From the IMG/VR virus record IMGVR_UViG_3300044991_002272: DNA of 64,000 bases. One strand, given 5' to 3'. This DNA is from a virus. The notes beneath the pieces were generated by a model. It did not search any database. It saw only the letters and a list, made by a program, of their open reading frames with translations, and was not told the origin of the DNA. This document shows, in pieces, positions 19,149 to 28,586 of this stretch (the stretch's first letter is position 1; each line of letters begins with the position of its first letter). Position numbers and translations under genes: made by a program.

Positions 19149-20240
19149 ATGCCGCCGTTGACGTTCTGGAATGGAGTTGGTGCGAAAAACAAGGACTACA
19201 AGTTCTTTGATCGCATGGCATCTCAGTACATGAACATGGGTGGTACAGAATTTTATTGCCATAAGTACGTTGGGCCACTGAATCCAGATCCCAAGATTGT
19301 TACCCCTGACACAGACGAAACCAACTTACTCAGCATATCAGACTTAGTGAACTTGGAGGTGAGAGACAGAAAATATGACAACGACGTCTACAGCCTCAAG
19401 GGACACTACTTAGTCACTGACACAGAGTTTGATTTGAAGCAGTTTGGTTTTTTCCTGTCAACAGATACAATTTTCATAACCTTTCATATCAACCAAATGG
19501 TTACCCAACTGGGCCGACGGTTAATGAGTGGTGATGTACTTGAAGTGCTGCACATGAGAGACGACACTACTTTGGATGGCAGGCCCATCAACAAGTTTTA
19601 CGTGATCCAAGAGGGCACACGTCCTGCAGAAGGATTTAGCCCCACTTGGTGGGCACATCTATGGCGTGTGAAGTGCCAACCACTTACAGACAGTCAAGAG
19701 TTCCAGGACATTTTGAATAAAGAATTGGAAGATCGTGGAGATGGAATTGTGCCTGAGCCCAATCCTGACGGCAGCATGCCTACAATTGGTGATATCACTA
19801 GCGTATATGACAAAGAAATCAGCATCAACGATGCTGTTTTGGAAGAGGCTACTGCTAACGTGGCATTCAGAAACTGGCAAAGCACACACTTTTACATCCT
19901 TCAAGAGGACTTAGACCAACCTATTTCAGTATACAACTCAGACGGTATCCCACCAAACCAAAGCAAACCTGTGCCTTCTGGCACAAGTTTTCCCGCTGTT
20001 AACAAAGAAGGCGACTATTTCCTTCGCTTAGATTATGTTCCCCCTGTATTATACAAACGGACTGCATCAAAGTGGAAGAGAGTTGAGACCAATTATAGGG
20101 CCCCGTGGCTACCCGCTAACCGCGTGCTCACTAGCTTCATCAACAACAAAAACAAAACCACTCTCACAGATGGTAGTGTGATTGATGAACGCCAAAACCT
20201 GCGCACAGCTATCAAACCCAAACTAGATCCAGATATATAA
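19149..20240 (+). CDS. Neck protein (T4 gp14-like head closure)
   Basis: DYKFFDR, LEVRDRKYD, DTIFITFH, LGRRLMSGDVLE and HLWRVKC motifs; GAGG RBS and TAAATA upstream. Confidence 0.85.
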   Translation: MPPLTFWNGVGAKNKDYKFFDRMASQYMNMGGTEFYCHKYVGPLNPDPKIVTPDTDETNLLSISDLVNLEVRDRKYDNDVYSLKGHYLVTDTEFDLKQFGFFLSTDTIFITFHINQMVTQLGRRLMSGDVLEVLHMRDDTTLDGRPINKFYVIQEGTRPAEGFSPTWWAHLWRVKCQPLTDSQEFQDILNKELEDRGDGIVPEPNPDGSMPTIGDITSVYDKEISINDAVLEEATANVAFRNWQSTHFYILQEDLDQPISVYNSDGIPPNQSKPVPSGTSFPAVNKEGDYFLRLDYVPPVLYKRTASKWKRVETNYRAPWLPANRVLTSFINNKNKTTLTDGSVIDERQNLRTAIKPKLDPDI

Positions 20241-20308
20241 ATACGGTTGTGGTTCACGGGAGGTGAGATTCCCTAACCACTCTAAACGCTATGTAGGAGC
20301 ATTCAGCA

Positions 20309-21067
20309 ATGCGTATTTATCGCAATCCGTCTAACTATCGTGCAATTTATGAACAACATTATGGCCCTGTCCCCAAAGATCAAAATGGGCGAACTTATGA
20401 CATACACCATATAGATGGTGACCATACTAATAATGATCCTAGTAATTTACGAGCAGTTAGCATTCAAGAACATTATGATATACATTATCAACAAAAGGAC
20501 TATATGGCATGCTATATGATACGATTACGCATAGATAAAAGTCCTGAAATGTTATCAGAATTAAGCCGCAAAGGCCAGGAAAAAAGGGTAATTGATGGAA
20601 CCCACCATATGTTAGGTGGCCATGTTCAACGTAAAAGAGTTGAGAATGGCACCCATCCATGGCAAGACAAAGAATGGCACAAGCGCAGAGAACAAGAGAA
20701 GGTTGATAATAGAAGTCATATGTTTTTGAACCCTGAGATATCAAGAGCAATAACCTCCAAAAGATTAGCCGACGGGACACACAATTTTTTAAACAATACA
20801 TATGCGAAAGACTGGTGGGACAATAAACCAGAAGACGTTCTAGCTGAATATCGTAAAAATGCTCAGGAGAGGCAACGTAATAAGGTGGCTGATGGTAGTC
20901 ATCACTTCTTAAACAGTGGTGAAAAATCTAGAGAAATCCACCGCAAACTTATTGAGGAAGGCAGGCACCCTTCTCAGGTGATAAGGACCTGCCCACATTG
21001 TGGTAAAGAAGGGCGCGGAGCTGTTATGTTTAAGCATCACTTTGATAAATGCAAACAGCAAACGTAG
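20309..21067 (+). CDS. HNH endonuclease with tandem DGTH(H/P)xL repeats and C-terminal Zn finger
   Basis: YDIHHIDGDHTNNDPSNL...EHYDIH; six repeats; CPHC...HHFDKC. Confidence 0.88.
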   Translation: MRIYRNPSNYRAIYEQHYGPVPKDQNGRTYDIHHIDGDHTNNDPSNLRAVSIQEHYDIHYQQKDYMACYMIRLRIDKSPEMLSELSRKGQEKRVIDGTHHMLGGHVQRKRVENGTHPWQDKEWHKRREQEKVDNRSHMFLNPEISRAITSKRLADGTHNFLNNTYAKDWWDNKPEDVLAEYRKNAQERQRNKVADGSHHFLNSGEKSREIHRKLIEEGRHPSQVIRTCPHCGKEGRGAVMFKHHFDKCKQQT

Positions 21068-21135
21068 ACCGGAGAATGTTACCAGAAGACTTTTCGCTTC
21101 TGGTAAATACGAGCACTGCATTAAAGGAGACAAAC

Positions 21136-21579
21136 ATGAGTAAAACAACAGGCGAAAAAGGTCTATCACTTATCAAGAGTTTTGAAGGCTTGCGATTGGA
21201 CGCCTATATCTGTCCTGCAGGTGTAGCCACTATTGGTTATGGCACAACCAAAATCAATAGTCAAGCAGTTAAAGTGCCGTCAGTTATAACAGAGTCCCAA
21301 GCCAACGACTATCTGAAAACTGATGTCAAAGCATTTGAGCAATCTGTTAACAGTGCTGTCTCTGTGCCAGTTACACAAAACCAATTTGACGCACTTGTGA
21401 GTTTCACTTACAATCTAGGCGCCGGCAATTTACGTAGCAGCACACTCTTGAAAAAGCTCAATGCAGGTGACTATGCTGGTGCTGCTGATGAGTTCCCCAA
21501 ATGGAACAAAGCTGGTGGCAAAGAACTGGCAGGTTTGACCCGCCGCCGAAATGCTGAAAGGGACTTGTTTCTCAGCTAA
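21136..21579 (+). CDS. Endolysin, GH24 phage lysozyme
   Basis: IKSFEGLRLDAYICPAGVATIGYG, QNQFDALVSFTYNLG, LTRRRNAERDLF; AAGGAG RBS. Confidence 0.96.
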   Translation: MSKTTGEKGLSLIKSFEGLRLDAYICPAGVATIGYGTTKINSQAVKVPSVITESQANDYLKTDVKAFEQSVNSAVSVPVTQNQFDALVSFTYNLGAGNLRSSTLLKKLNAGDYAGAADEFPKWNKAGGKELAGLTRRRNAERDLFLS

Positions 21580-23462
21580 TGGAATATTGGTACAACCAAC
21601 AGCTACGGCAGTATAGACTTCAAGTCATACGAGCATTCAGCAACTTCAGTGTAAGCATGGGTATCAACAGCGACGGCACCCCGAAGCTGAGGCGAGTGCC
21701 TTGTCGCTATGGTGACCCTTCACGTTTGGCAGAAACCATCACAAATGCCAACAGTGAAAACAAATTACCAACAGCCCCTTTCATCTCAGTCTATTTGACA
21801 GCCATGAGTTTGGCACCCAACCGGCGTCATGCTCCAAGCCTTGTTTCAACACAAAACGTTATTGAACGTGAATACGACGGAGAAAATAGTCGCTACCTAG
21901 GTACACAAGGTAACAGAAGCACTGTTGAACGTTATATGGCTGTACCTTTTGACCTGACCTTCAACGTAGACTTTTGGACCAGTAACCTTAACCAAAAAGA
22001 AGAGCTTATTGAGCAAACCCAAGTACTCTATAATGGAATGATTGATATTCAAACATCGAACAATCCCTTGGACTGGACAGCTATTACAACCCTTGAGCCC
22101 ACAAACATCACTTGGAGCAGTCGAAGTATTCCCATTGGTACAGAAAACCCCATTGATGTTTGTACTGTTGAATACAAAGTGCCAATTTTCATAAATCCAC
22201 CAGCCAAAGTAAAACTCCAAAAGATAATTCAAGAGATTGTAACAAATATACGTGAAGGTGAATATGATCCCAACACAATGGAGTGGACCGAACAGTCTTT
22301 GCTGAGTAGAGTGTTAACAACTCCTCTGGATGCCTGTATTGCCATGGCCAATGCAGGTGAAAACACCTGGGAAATCAGCCTACAAAGTCCTTCTGGTAGT
22401 ACGATTGATCCTCAGACATTGCCGACCCGTGTGTTGGGCAGAAAAAATCCTGTATTGACACCTGGTACTACATTCAAGTTCAATGGGCAAGCTATAACAA
22501 TACCCAACACAAGTATTGATGATTTAATCAACTTGATTCGAGTGCGAACTGTTGAACCCAGTTTGAACGCAGTTTTTAATTTGAATCAGCAAATTGAATT
22601 TTGGAACATGACTGGTGGAGATATTGTCTTGGAAAACGTGGAAGGCACACCAATCCAGGATTTGGGATTTCAGCCCACCATATATAAGGGCGGAACCTTG
22701 GCTTGGTGGAGGCTCTTGGACAAATATGGCGCAGTAAAACCCCAAAGCAGTTTCCAAGAAAACGCTAGCCAAATAAGGCTGTTGTCAACAGATGATCTTG
22801 ACAACAGAGACTCTGACATTGTGGGATATATTGATTTTCATCCCACCAACCAAAACTACTTGATTTGGAAAGGCGAACTTTCCAGTTGGCCTGGAGATCA
22901 ACTTCCTCCCATCACTGCTGTTATTGATCCACAGCGCACTTACCCTGGCTCTGGCTTGACTGAGGAAAGATTTGGTCAAAGATATTTGTTGACAAATGAA
23001 GTTGCATTTCAAAGCGGCGCGTGGGGCAATGTTCAGGCAATACCAAATGTGCAGGCACTGGTAGTTGGTAAGGTCAGCAACCACGAACTGGTAATAGAAC
23101 CTGTTGATCAAGCCCAGTTAAGCCTGAACCGCAGCATGCAAATCCTATTTGGGTCAGGCATTACACAAACTGCAAGTGTTGTGCAGATTGTACAATTGAA
23201 TGCACTTCAATACCAAGTGGTTTTGTCAGGAGACTCTGTTGCACAAATTGGAGATTTTGTGCAAGTAATTTACCCTGTTATTGCCAACGATATAATTGAA
23301 TACAACGGCTCACAATGGGTTTTGGCCTTTGACAGCAGCAGCCCTTTGCAGACATTGGTGTTGAATCAATACAGTCAAAAATGGTTTCTTTGGACGAATC
23401 AAGAATGGAAAGCTTTTCCCAAGAGCACGTATACACAGGGCTTATGGCGCCTCAGCCTCTAA
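21579..23462 (+). CDS. Tail terminator / sheath stabiliser (T4 gp15-like) with long C-terminal extension
   Basis: YWYNQQLRQY, VPCRYGDPSR, ERYMAVPFDL, PIFINPPAKV; about 350 extra residues. Confidence 0.8.
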   Translation: MEYWYNQQLRQYRLQVIRAFSNFSVSMGINSDGTPKLRRVPCRYGDPSRLAETITNANSENKLPTAPFISVYLTAMSLAPNRRHAPSLVSTQNVIEREYDGENSRYLGTQGNRSTVERYMAVPFDLTFNVDFWTSNLNQKEELIEQTQVLYNGMIDIQTSNNPLDWTAITTLEPTNITWSSRSIPIGTENPIDVCTVEYKVPIFINPPAKVKLQKIIQEIVTNIREGEYDPNTMEWTEQSLLSRVLTTPLDACIAMANAGENTWEISLQSPSGSTIDPQTLPTRVLGRKNPVLTPGTTFKFNGQAITIPNTSIDDLINLIRVRTVEPSLNAVFNLNQQIEFWNMTGGDIVLENVEGTPIQDLGFQPTIYKGGTLAWWRLLDKYGAVKPQSSFQENASQIRLLSTDDLDNRDSDIVGYIDFHPTNQNYLIWKGELSSWPGDQLPPITAVIDPQRTYPGSGLTEERFGQRYLLTNEVAFQSGAWGNVQAIPNVQALVVGKVSNHELVIEPVDQAQLSLNRSMQILFGSGITQTASVVQIVQLNALQYQVVLSGDSVAQIGDFVQVIYPVIANDIIEYNGSQWVLAFDSSSPLQTLVLNQYSQKWFLWTNQEWKAFPKSTYTQGLWRLSL

Positions 23463-23470
23463 ATAATCCT

Positions 23471-24235
23471 ATGAAACAATATCCCACAAAGCCAGTTGCA
23501 CAAGTTGATATGCAAATAATGGACCAATTTATTGATCCCAATACGCGGCAAATTTTGAAAATTCTTCATGATCATCATGTGTCCACTCGGATTGTAGGTG
23601 GTGCAGTGAGAGACATGTTGCTACATAAAAAACCACGGGATATTGATTTGGTAGTGGACGCAGATCCCAGCGAAACGTTGTTTCTCTTGAACCTATATGG
23701 AATTGAGGCAGAAACACAGGGCATCAAACATGGCACTATCAAAGCCGTTTTTAGGCAGAATGGGGACAAAAACAAAGTGGAAATAACCAGTTTGGGTTAC
23801 AGGATACAGTTGAAAGGTTCTCGACCTTTTCTCAAAAAAGCCAAAAACTGGGCTACAGACAGTGAAATGCGGGACCTGACAATCAACAGCATGAGTATGG
23901 ATTTACATGGCCACATTTGGGATTATCAAGGCGGATACGCCGATTTGAAGCACAGTCGTATCCGAATGTTGCCTGATACTAAAACCAACATCAAGGACGA
24001 TCCCAACCAAATCATGCGATACTTCAAAGCCTTAACTATGTTTCCACAACCACTTATGGTGAAAACAGACCTTGAGTGGATCAAGAAACACATTAGCTTG
24101 TTAGCTGACCAAGAAGATGACGAGAGAGTTATCAGAAACTTATTGAGTATTCAAAAAAGCCCAAATGCTGACAGAATATTAGAATTGATGTGCCAATTGG
24201 GTGTAAAAAAATACATTTCCTACTTACCTTGTTAG
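23471..24235 (+). CDS. Class II tRNA nucleotidyltransferase (CCA-adding / poly(A) polymerase head domain)
   Basis: IVGGAVRDMLL, RDIDL (DxD), VEITSL, RDLTINSM, DDPNQIMRYF. Confidence 0.88.
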   Translation: MKQYPTKPVAQVDMQIMDQFIDPNTRQILKILHDHHVSTRIVGGAVRDMLLHKKPRDIDLVVDADPSETLFLLNLYGIEAETQGIKHGTIKAVFRQNGDKNKVEITSLGYRIQLKGSRPFLKKAKNWATDSEMRDLTINSMSMDLHGHIWDYQGGYADLKHSRIRMLPDTKTNIKDDPNQIMRYFKALTMFPQPLMVKTDLEWIKKHISLLADQEDDERVIRNLLSIQKSPNADRILELMCQLGVKKYISYLPC

Positions 24236-24332
24236 TATTTTTGCCTCAGTAACACCAGTAACAAAGTAGCAATGTATGTCCTGACTCTGCTATAATGATG
24301 GCAACAACTCTCTATGTATATAAGGACCAAGA

Positions 24333-25220
24333 ATGAAAATAAAAATGCCCAGCACCAAGGACGTTAAAAAAGCCACCAGCAGTGTGACAAAAACTGTCAC
24401 TGACACCAGCAACACTGTGGTTAAAGAAACTACCAAAACTGTTGACAAGGCTGTTGACACAATAGCCAACACAGCCACTGATGCCTATAAGGACGCATCT
24501 AAGGCAGCGTCTGATGCCTACAATTATTCAGTGAGCTTGGCTAACAATACTGCTGCTGTGAGTGCAAGTGTTGCCAACACCGTTGCCAAAAACACCGAAG
24601 AGGCTGCCAAACAGGGCATCAACGTTGCTAGTGATGAGTGGAAGAAGGGCAGTGCTCTAGCACAAGACTTTTATAAGGACGGTGCTGAGGCAGTTGTCAA
24701 AGCTGCTGAAGATGCATATGCCTGGGCGGATGCTAATGCATGTAGAATTGGCTTGAACTATGCACTCACAACTGGTATAGTGCTCTACTTTGCTCCCAAG
24801 CCTGCTCCAGGTGATCCAGGCACTGTGAATTCAACCGCAGCCAGCATGACCTGGGTTGCCTGGTTTGCATCACAAGCTGGTAAGGCTGCCTCCGCAGCAC
24901 AAACTATGGCATTGAGTTGCAGTATCAGTTACATCATAACCGAAGGCTTGTTTTTGATTCCAGGGGTAAAGGGTCAAGTGAACAAGACACTTGTGTTCAA
25001 TGCTCTGTCAAATTGCATCAACACAACGATTACTAATGCATATCTCTGGGGTACACCAGCCGGTGTTGGTATTGCTGTGGGATCAGCCATCTCCCCAGTT
25101 ATTGCAACGCTGATTTGCGAGGGTGTGCTGCCGCGTGGTGCAAGCAAGGGTCCAGACGCCAAAGCTGCTGAAGACGGCATCAAGATGGCCAAGGACGCTT
25201 TGAAAAGCTTGGGCTTTTAA
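24333..25220 (+). CDS. Hypothetical protein, amphipathic repeat N-terminus and hydrophobic C-terminus
   Basis: 295-aa ORF ending just before a strong hairpin. Confidence 0.7.
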   Translation: MKIKMPSTKDVKKATSSVTKTVTDTSNTVVKETTKTVDKAVDTIANTATDAYKDASKAASDAYNYSVSLANNTAAVSASVANTVAKNTEEAAKQGINVASDEWKKGSALAQDFYKDGAEAVVKAAEDAYAWADANACRIGLNYALTTGIVLYFAPKPAPGDPGTVNSTAASMTWVAWFASQAGKAASAAQTMALSCSISYIITEGLFLIPGVKGQVNKTLVFNALSNCINTTITNAYLWGTPAGVGIAVGSAISPVIATLICEGVLPRGASKGPDAKAAEDGIKMAKDALKSLGF

Positions 25221-25222
25221 CA

Positions 25223-25258
25223 ATCAAAGGAGCTGGATTTGTGTCCAGCTCCTTTGAT
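25223..25258. terminator. Hairpin between convergent genes
   Basis: 15-bp perfect inverted repeat ATCAAAGGAGCTGGA / TCCAGCTCCTTTGAT. Confidence 0.75.
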
Positions 25259-26292
25259 CATGTAAAGATATCACTCAATGCGTTTTGATATTCTGGAAAC
25301 TGTTGAAAAAACCTTTCTGTAAAAACAACCAAATCTCCCTCTCGCGTATAAACTTTGTTACTGCGGCTGGGAGACAAAGTTTCTCCCTCCTCCGGCAGTT
25401 TGTCTAGCTTGGCCATTTCCCTAGCGTTCAACTGAAACCAAGGCACACTATCTTTCCAAAAGCTGACTTTTCCAGATTTTGTCAATTGCTCCTGATACAC
25501 TTTGTAGAGATGGACTTTCTCACTGTTGCTGGGCAGCAGGGCTCGAGGCACAGCCAATAGATCGTTCACACCTGCCAGGATGCTGTTGCTTGCGAGGCTG
25601 CTGGCCCTGATATCAGTTTCAGTCAAAATTTGATGATAACTACTACTAATAGGAACATAATCATGTTCCAAGAACCAATTGATTACATTAGTGACTTTTT
25701 GCAGTTCCACTGCATTATTGTGATTGCATTCAAAGAATATCCAAGGTTGGTCTTGTTGAATACGGGCAGCCGCACCTTTGAGAACATCAAGCTCATGACC
25801 TTCAACATCAATTTTCATGAGCTTGATTTTGGGAAGATCAAGGCTGTCAATGCAAACAGTTTTCACAGTGCGGTTTCCACGCTCTGATCCCACAATATGG
25901 CTGGTGCCAGTTTGTTTGGGATTGTATTGAAAGCTGATTTCTCCACTTTGTTGACTCACTGCCTGGTTGTGGATTTGATAAATGCTTTCCTTGCCTGCAA
26001 AGCTACGCATTATGCATTCACAATTTTCTTGAATGGGTTCAAACATAATTGTTTGACTACAGAAGCTTTGACTCAAAAATTCCCAGCTGGCAACACCATA
26101 GTTTGCACCAATATCCAACAGCAGTCCTGGTCCTTCCAGTCCCAGTGACTTCCAGCTTTTCCACCATTTCTTGAACAACCAATTGTCATTTTGGAGACGT
26201 AGCTTGCTGCTCCAGAAGTCGGCTTTGTTCATGTGTAGATTCAAACCATTGAATGGCAAAACTTCTGTTTTGAGCTCTGGCAGGCGTTCCAT
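25258..26292 (-). CDS. FkbM-family SAM-dependent methyltransferase
   Basis: LLDIGANYG, MFEP, IKLMKIDVEGHELDVLKGA. Confidence 0.9.
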   Translation of the reverse strand: MERLPELKTEVLPFNGLNLHMNKADFWSSKLRLQNDNWLFKKWWKSWKSLGLEGPGLLLDIGANYGVASWEFLSQSFCSQTIMFEPIQENCECIMRSFAGKESIYQIHNQAVSQQSGEISFQYNPKQTGTSHIVGSERGNRTVKTVCIDSLDLPKIKLMKIDVEGHELDVLKGAAARIQQDQPWIFFECNHNNAVELQKVTNVINWFLEHDYVPISSSYHQILTETDIRASSLASNSILAGVNDLLAVPRALLPSNSEKVHLYKVYQEQLTKSGKVSFWKDSVPWFQLNAREMAKLDKLPEEGETLSPSRSNKVYTREGDLVVFTERFFQQFPEYQNALSDIFT

Positions 26293-26427
26293 AGAGTCTT
26301 ATTCCCGTGAATACATTATTCTGATTGTTACAGCTTTTTTGTTCTTGCGTCAAGATTCCAAATACATAAACAACCTATTTGACATATCGCTATAAATACA
26401 ACAAACTTAAATTGGAGAGTTTGTTAA

Positions 26428-27279
26428 ATGATCGAATGTCAAATCTGCAAAAGACAATTGGGCACCTTGGTAGGTAAGCACCTCAAAAGCCATGGTTTAT
26501 CAAGTCAAGAGTATCAAGAAAAATTTCCTGGGAATCCTGTTAGCGCAATGAAGCCATGGACAGAGGAGTTGCGTGCCAAACAAAAACAAGTGCGGACTGG
26601 CAGAAAACACAGCGAAGAAACCAAACAAAAAATTGGTGTTGGTAACAAGGGTAAAATTATGCCTAGAGAAGCTGTGGAGCGGCAAAAAGAAAGTTACCAG
26701 AAATTTTTAGAGAGTAATGGTGGCAGTCCTCAAAAAGGCTACAAACGTAGTGACGAATTCAAAAAGAGAATGAGTCACATAGCACAAACTAGAGATCCTG
26801 CACTAGTGCAACAAAAGGTTGAACAGATGTGGGCTGCACGACGCGGCAGCAAGGCTACTGATGAACAAAAAGCCCGATATTCTGAAGCTAGACTAGATTT
26901 TATTGAAAAGAACCCTGACAAAATTATTCCCAAACTATTCAATACAAAACCAGAGCAGGAATTTGAACAAATCTTAGTCACTAAAAACATCGCCTACAGT
27001 AAGAATAAAAGGGTTGGTAACAGATTGTTTGACTTTGTTGTAGAGGATTGCGTAATTGAGATTGATGGACCATATCATTGGAATCCATTGATGCATGGTA
27101 ACAAGACAATGACATTGGAAGAGAGGACTTTATTGTTAAGGGAGATGCAAACTCGAGATGCGCTCAAAACACAACTTGCCAAAGAAAATGGGTATCGGGT
27201 TTTTAGGCTAGATGTAACAAGTTGTCTACCCAAGGATTGGTATGAAAGGCTTAAAGCACAGGGATGGGATATCTTTTAA
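26428..27279 (+). CDS. Free-standing putative homing endonuclease (Zn finger, NUMOD3, Vsr/DUF559-like)
   Basis: CQIC...HLKSH; GRKHSEETKQKIG; FDFVVEDCVIEIDGPYHW; TATAAATA upstream. Confidence 0.72.
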   Translation: MIECQICKRQLGTLVGKHLKSHGLSSQEYQEKFPGNPVSAMKPWTEELRAKQKQVRTGRKHSEETKQKIGVGNKGKIMPREAVERQKESYQKFLESNGGSPQKGYKRSDEFKKRMSHIAQTRDPALVQQKVEQMWAARRGSKATDEQKARYSEARLDFIEKNPDKIIPKLFNTKPEQEFEQILVTKNIAYSKNKRVGNRLFDFVVEDCVIEIDGPYHWNPLMHGNKTMTLEERTLLLREMQTRDALKTQLAKENGYRVFRLDVTSCLPKDWYERLKAQGWDIF

Positions 27280-27286
27280 CACAAGA

Positions 27287-27313
27287 AAAAAGCCCGGCAT
27301 TGCCGGGCTTTTT
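27287..27313. terminator. Bidirectional Rho-independent terminator between endonuclease and capsid genes
   Basis: AAAAAGCCCGGCA-T-TGCCGGGCTTTTT; a second 10-bp hairpin lies at 27329-27360. Confidence 0.85.
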
Positions 27314-27364
27314 GCATGAAAGTCTATGTATCAAAGGGCACATTACGTAACCCTTTGATATTGC

Positions 27365-28573
27365 TCACAAAAATTTCAAATTCGCAGTATTTATGGCGAT
27401 GCCAGCCAAGTAGTCAGCAGCATTACCAAGTGAACTTGCTACGTTGCTGAGTTCCAAGTAACCATATCGTGACATGAAAGACACCACTGGTTCGAAGGTG
27501 TTGGGATCAATCACAACACCACTGCTTGTCAGTGGCACATATGGGCAATAATACGCAGCCGCATCAATTTCGCCAGGACCCTTGTAACCAACTAGCACAG
27601 GGGTATCATCAGCAGCATATTGGTCCACATACACGCGAACTGAGTTGTTCAAAACGCCAACGAACTTGGTGTTGGTTGGAGCTTCGAATGTGCCTTCAGT
27701 TGTGCGAGCGAAAGCGGAAGTTGTTGCGCTTTGCAGGATTGTCAGTGCTGTGGGGGAAACCACAACCCAGTTACCAGCACCACGACGTGTGCGAGCAGCA
27801 ATCAAGTTTGCACCACGGTTGATCAAGACAGCAAGAGCAGCATGCTCGTCACCAACGAATGTGGCAGTGCCGGAGACAGCGCCTTGGTCGTATGTGAGAG
27901 TGATGCCAGCTAGGTTGCGCAGGCTGTTTAGGATCTCTTGGTCAATTTCAGCTGTGATTTCTTGAGCTAGAGCAGCCATAATCTCAGCTTCGATGTCAAT
28001 GCCTTGTTGGGCTTGTGCATCTTGTGCAGCCTCGAAAGTCCAGCGAGCGCTGAGCTTGCGGGTCTTGGCTTCCACAGTCTCTTTCAAGATCTGGATGTTT
28101 AGTCTCTTGCCAGCTGTGCCTTCAAGTGTTGCAGCAGCAGCACCGCGAGGGTTGTTCACATCGCCATTACCGCTGTAAAAGCGAGCAATGTCAAATGGGC
28201 TGAGAGCTTCAGTACCAGCAATCACGCCACCAGCTACTGCTGGATTGGGGTATGTGTCGGCATAACGCACACGCAGGGTGTGGATTTGCCCAACGGGACC
28301 TGTCATTGGTTGCACGCCGATGATCTCGTTAGCGATAACAGTTGGCATCACTCGACGGATAACGGGCAGGATAACCTTGTTTAGGGTAGCAACGTTGCCT
28401 TGGCTTGTTGAACCAGGTGTTGCGTTTTCAAACAAGATGCCTGCTTTGCTGCTTAGGTCACGCTTGGTATTCTCAAGAACCACTTCCATAACTTTCTTGC
28501 GATTGCCGGTGAGGCCTTCGCAGAGAGCGTCTCTGGTGAGATTCCAGTTGGCTTCAAAAAGGTTGCCTTTCAT
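27365..28573 (-). CDS. Major capsid protein (T4 gp23-like)
   Basis: VILPVIRRVMPTVIANEIIGVQPMTGPVGQIHTLR, VEAKTRKLSARWTFE, YYCPYVPL, MSRYG; AAGGAG RBS. Confidence 0.98.
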   Translation of the reverse strand: MKGNLFEANWNLTRDALCEGLTGNRKKVMEVVLENTKRDLSSKAGILFENATPGSTSQGNVATLNKVILPVIRRVMPTVIANEIIGVQPMTGPVGQIHTLRVRYADTYPNPAVAGGVIAGTEALSPFDIARFYSGNGDVNNPRGAAAATLEGTAGKRLNIQILKETVEAKTRKLSARWTFEAAQDAQAQQGIDIEAEIMAALAQEITAEIDQEILNSLRNLAGITLTYDQGAVSGTATFVGDEHAALAVLINRGANLIAARTRRGAGNWVVVSPTALTILQSATTSAFARTTEGTFEAPTNTKFVGVLNNSVRVYVDQYAADDTPVLVGYKGPGEIDAAAYYCPYVPLTSSGVVIDPNTFEPVVSFMSRYGYLELSNVASSLGNAADYLAGIAINTANLKFL

Positions 28574-28586
28574 AGTCATTTTCTCC

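Noticed and set aside
21079-21106. 10-bp hairpin overlapping the endolysin late promoter as a terminator
   Set aside because: No U-tract on either side and it does not cover the RBS, so no function could be assigned
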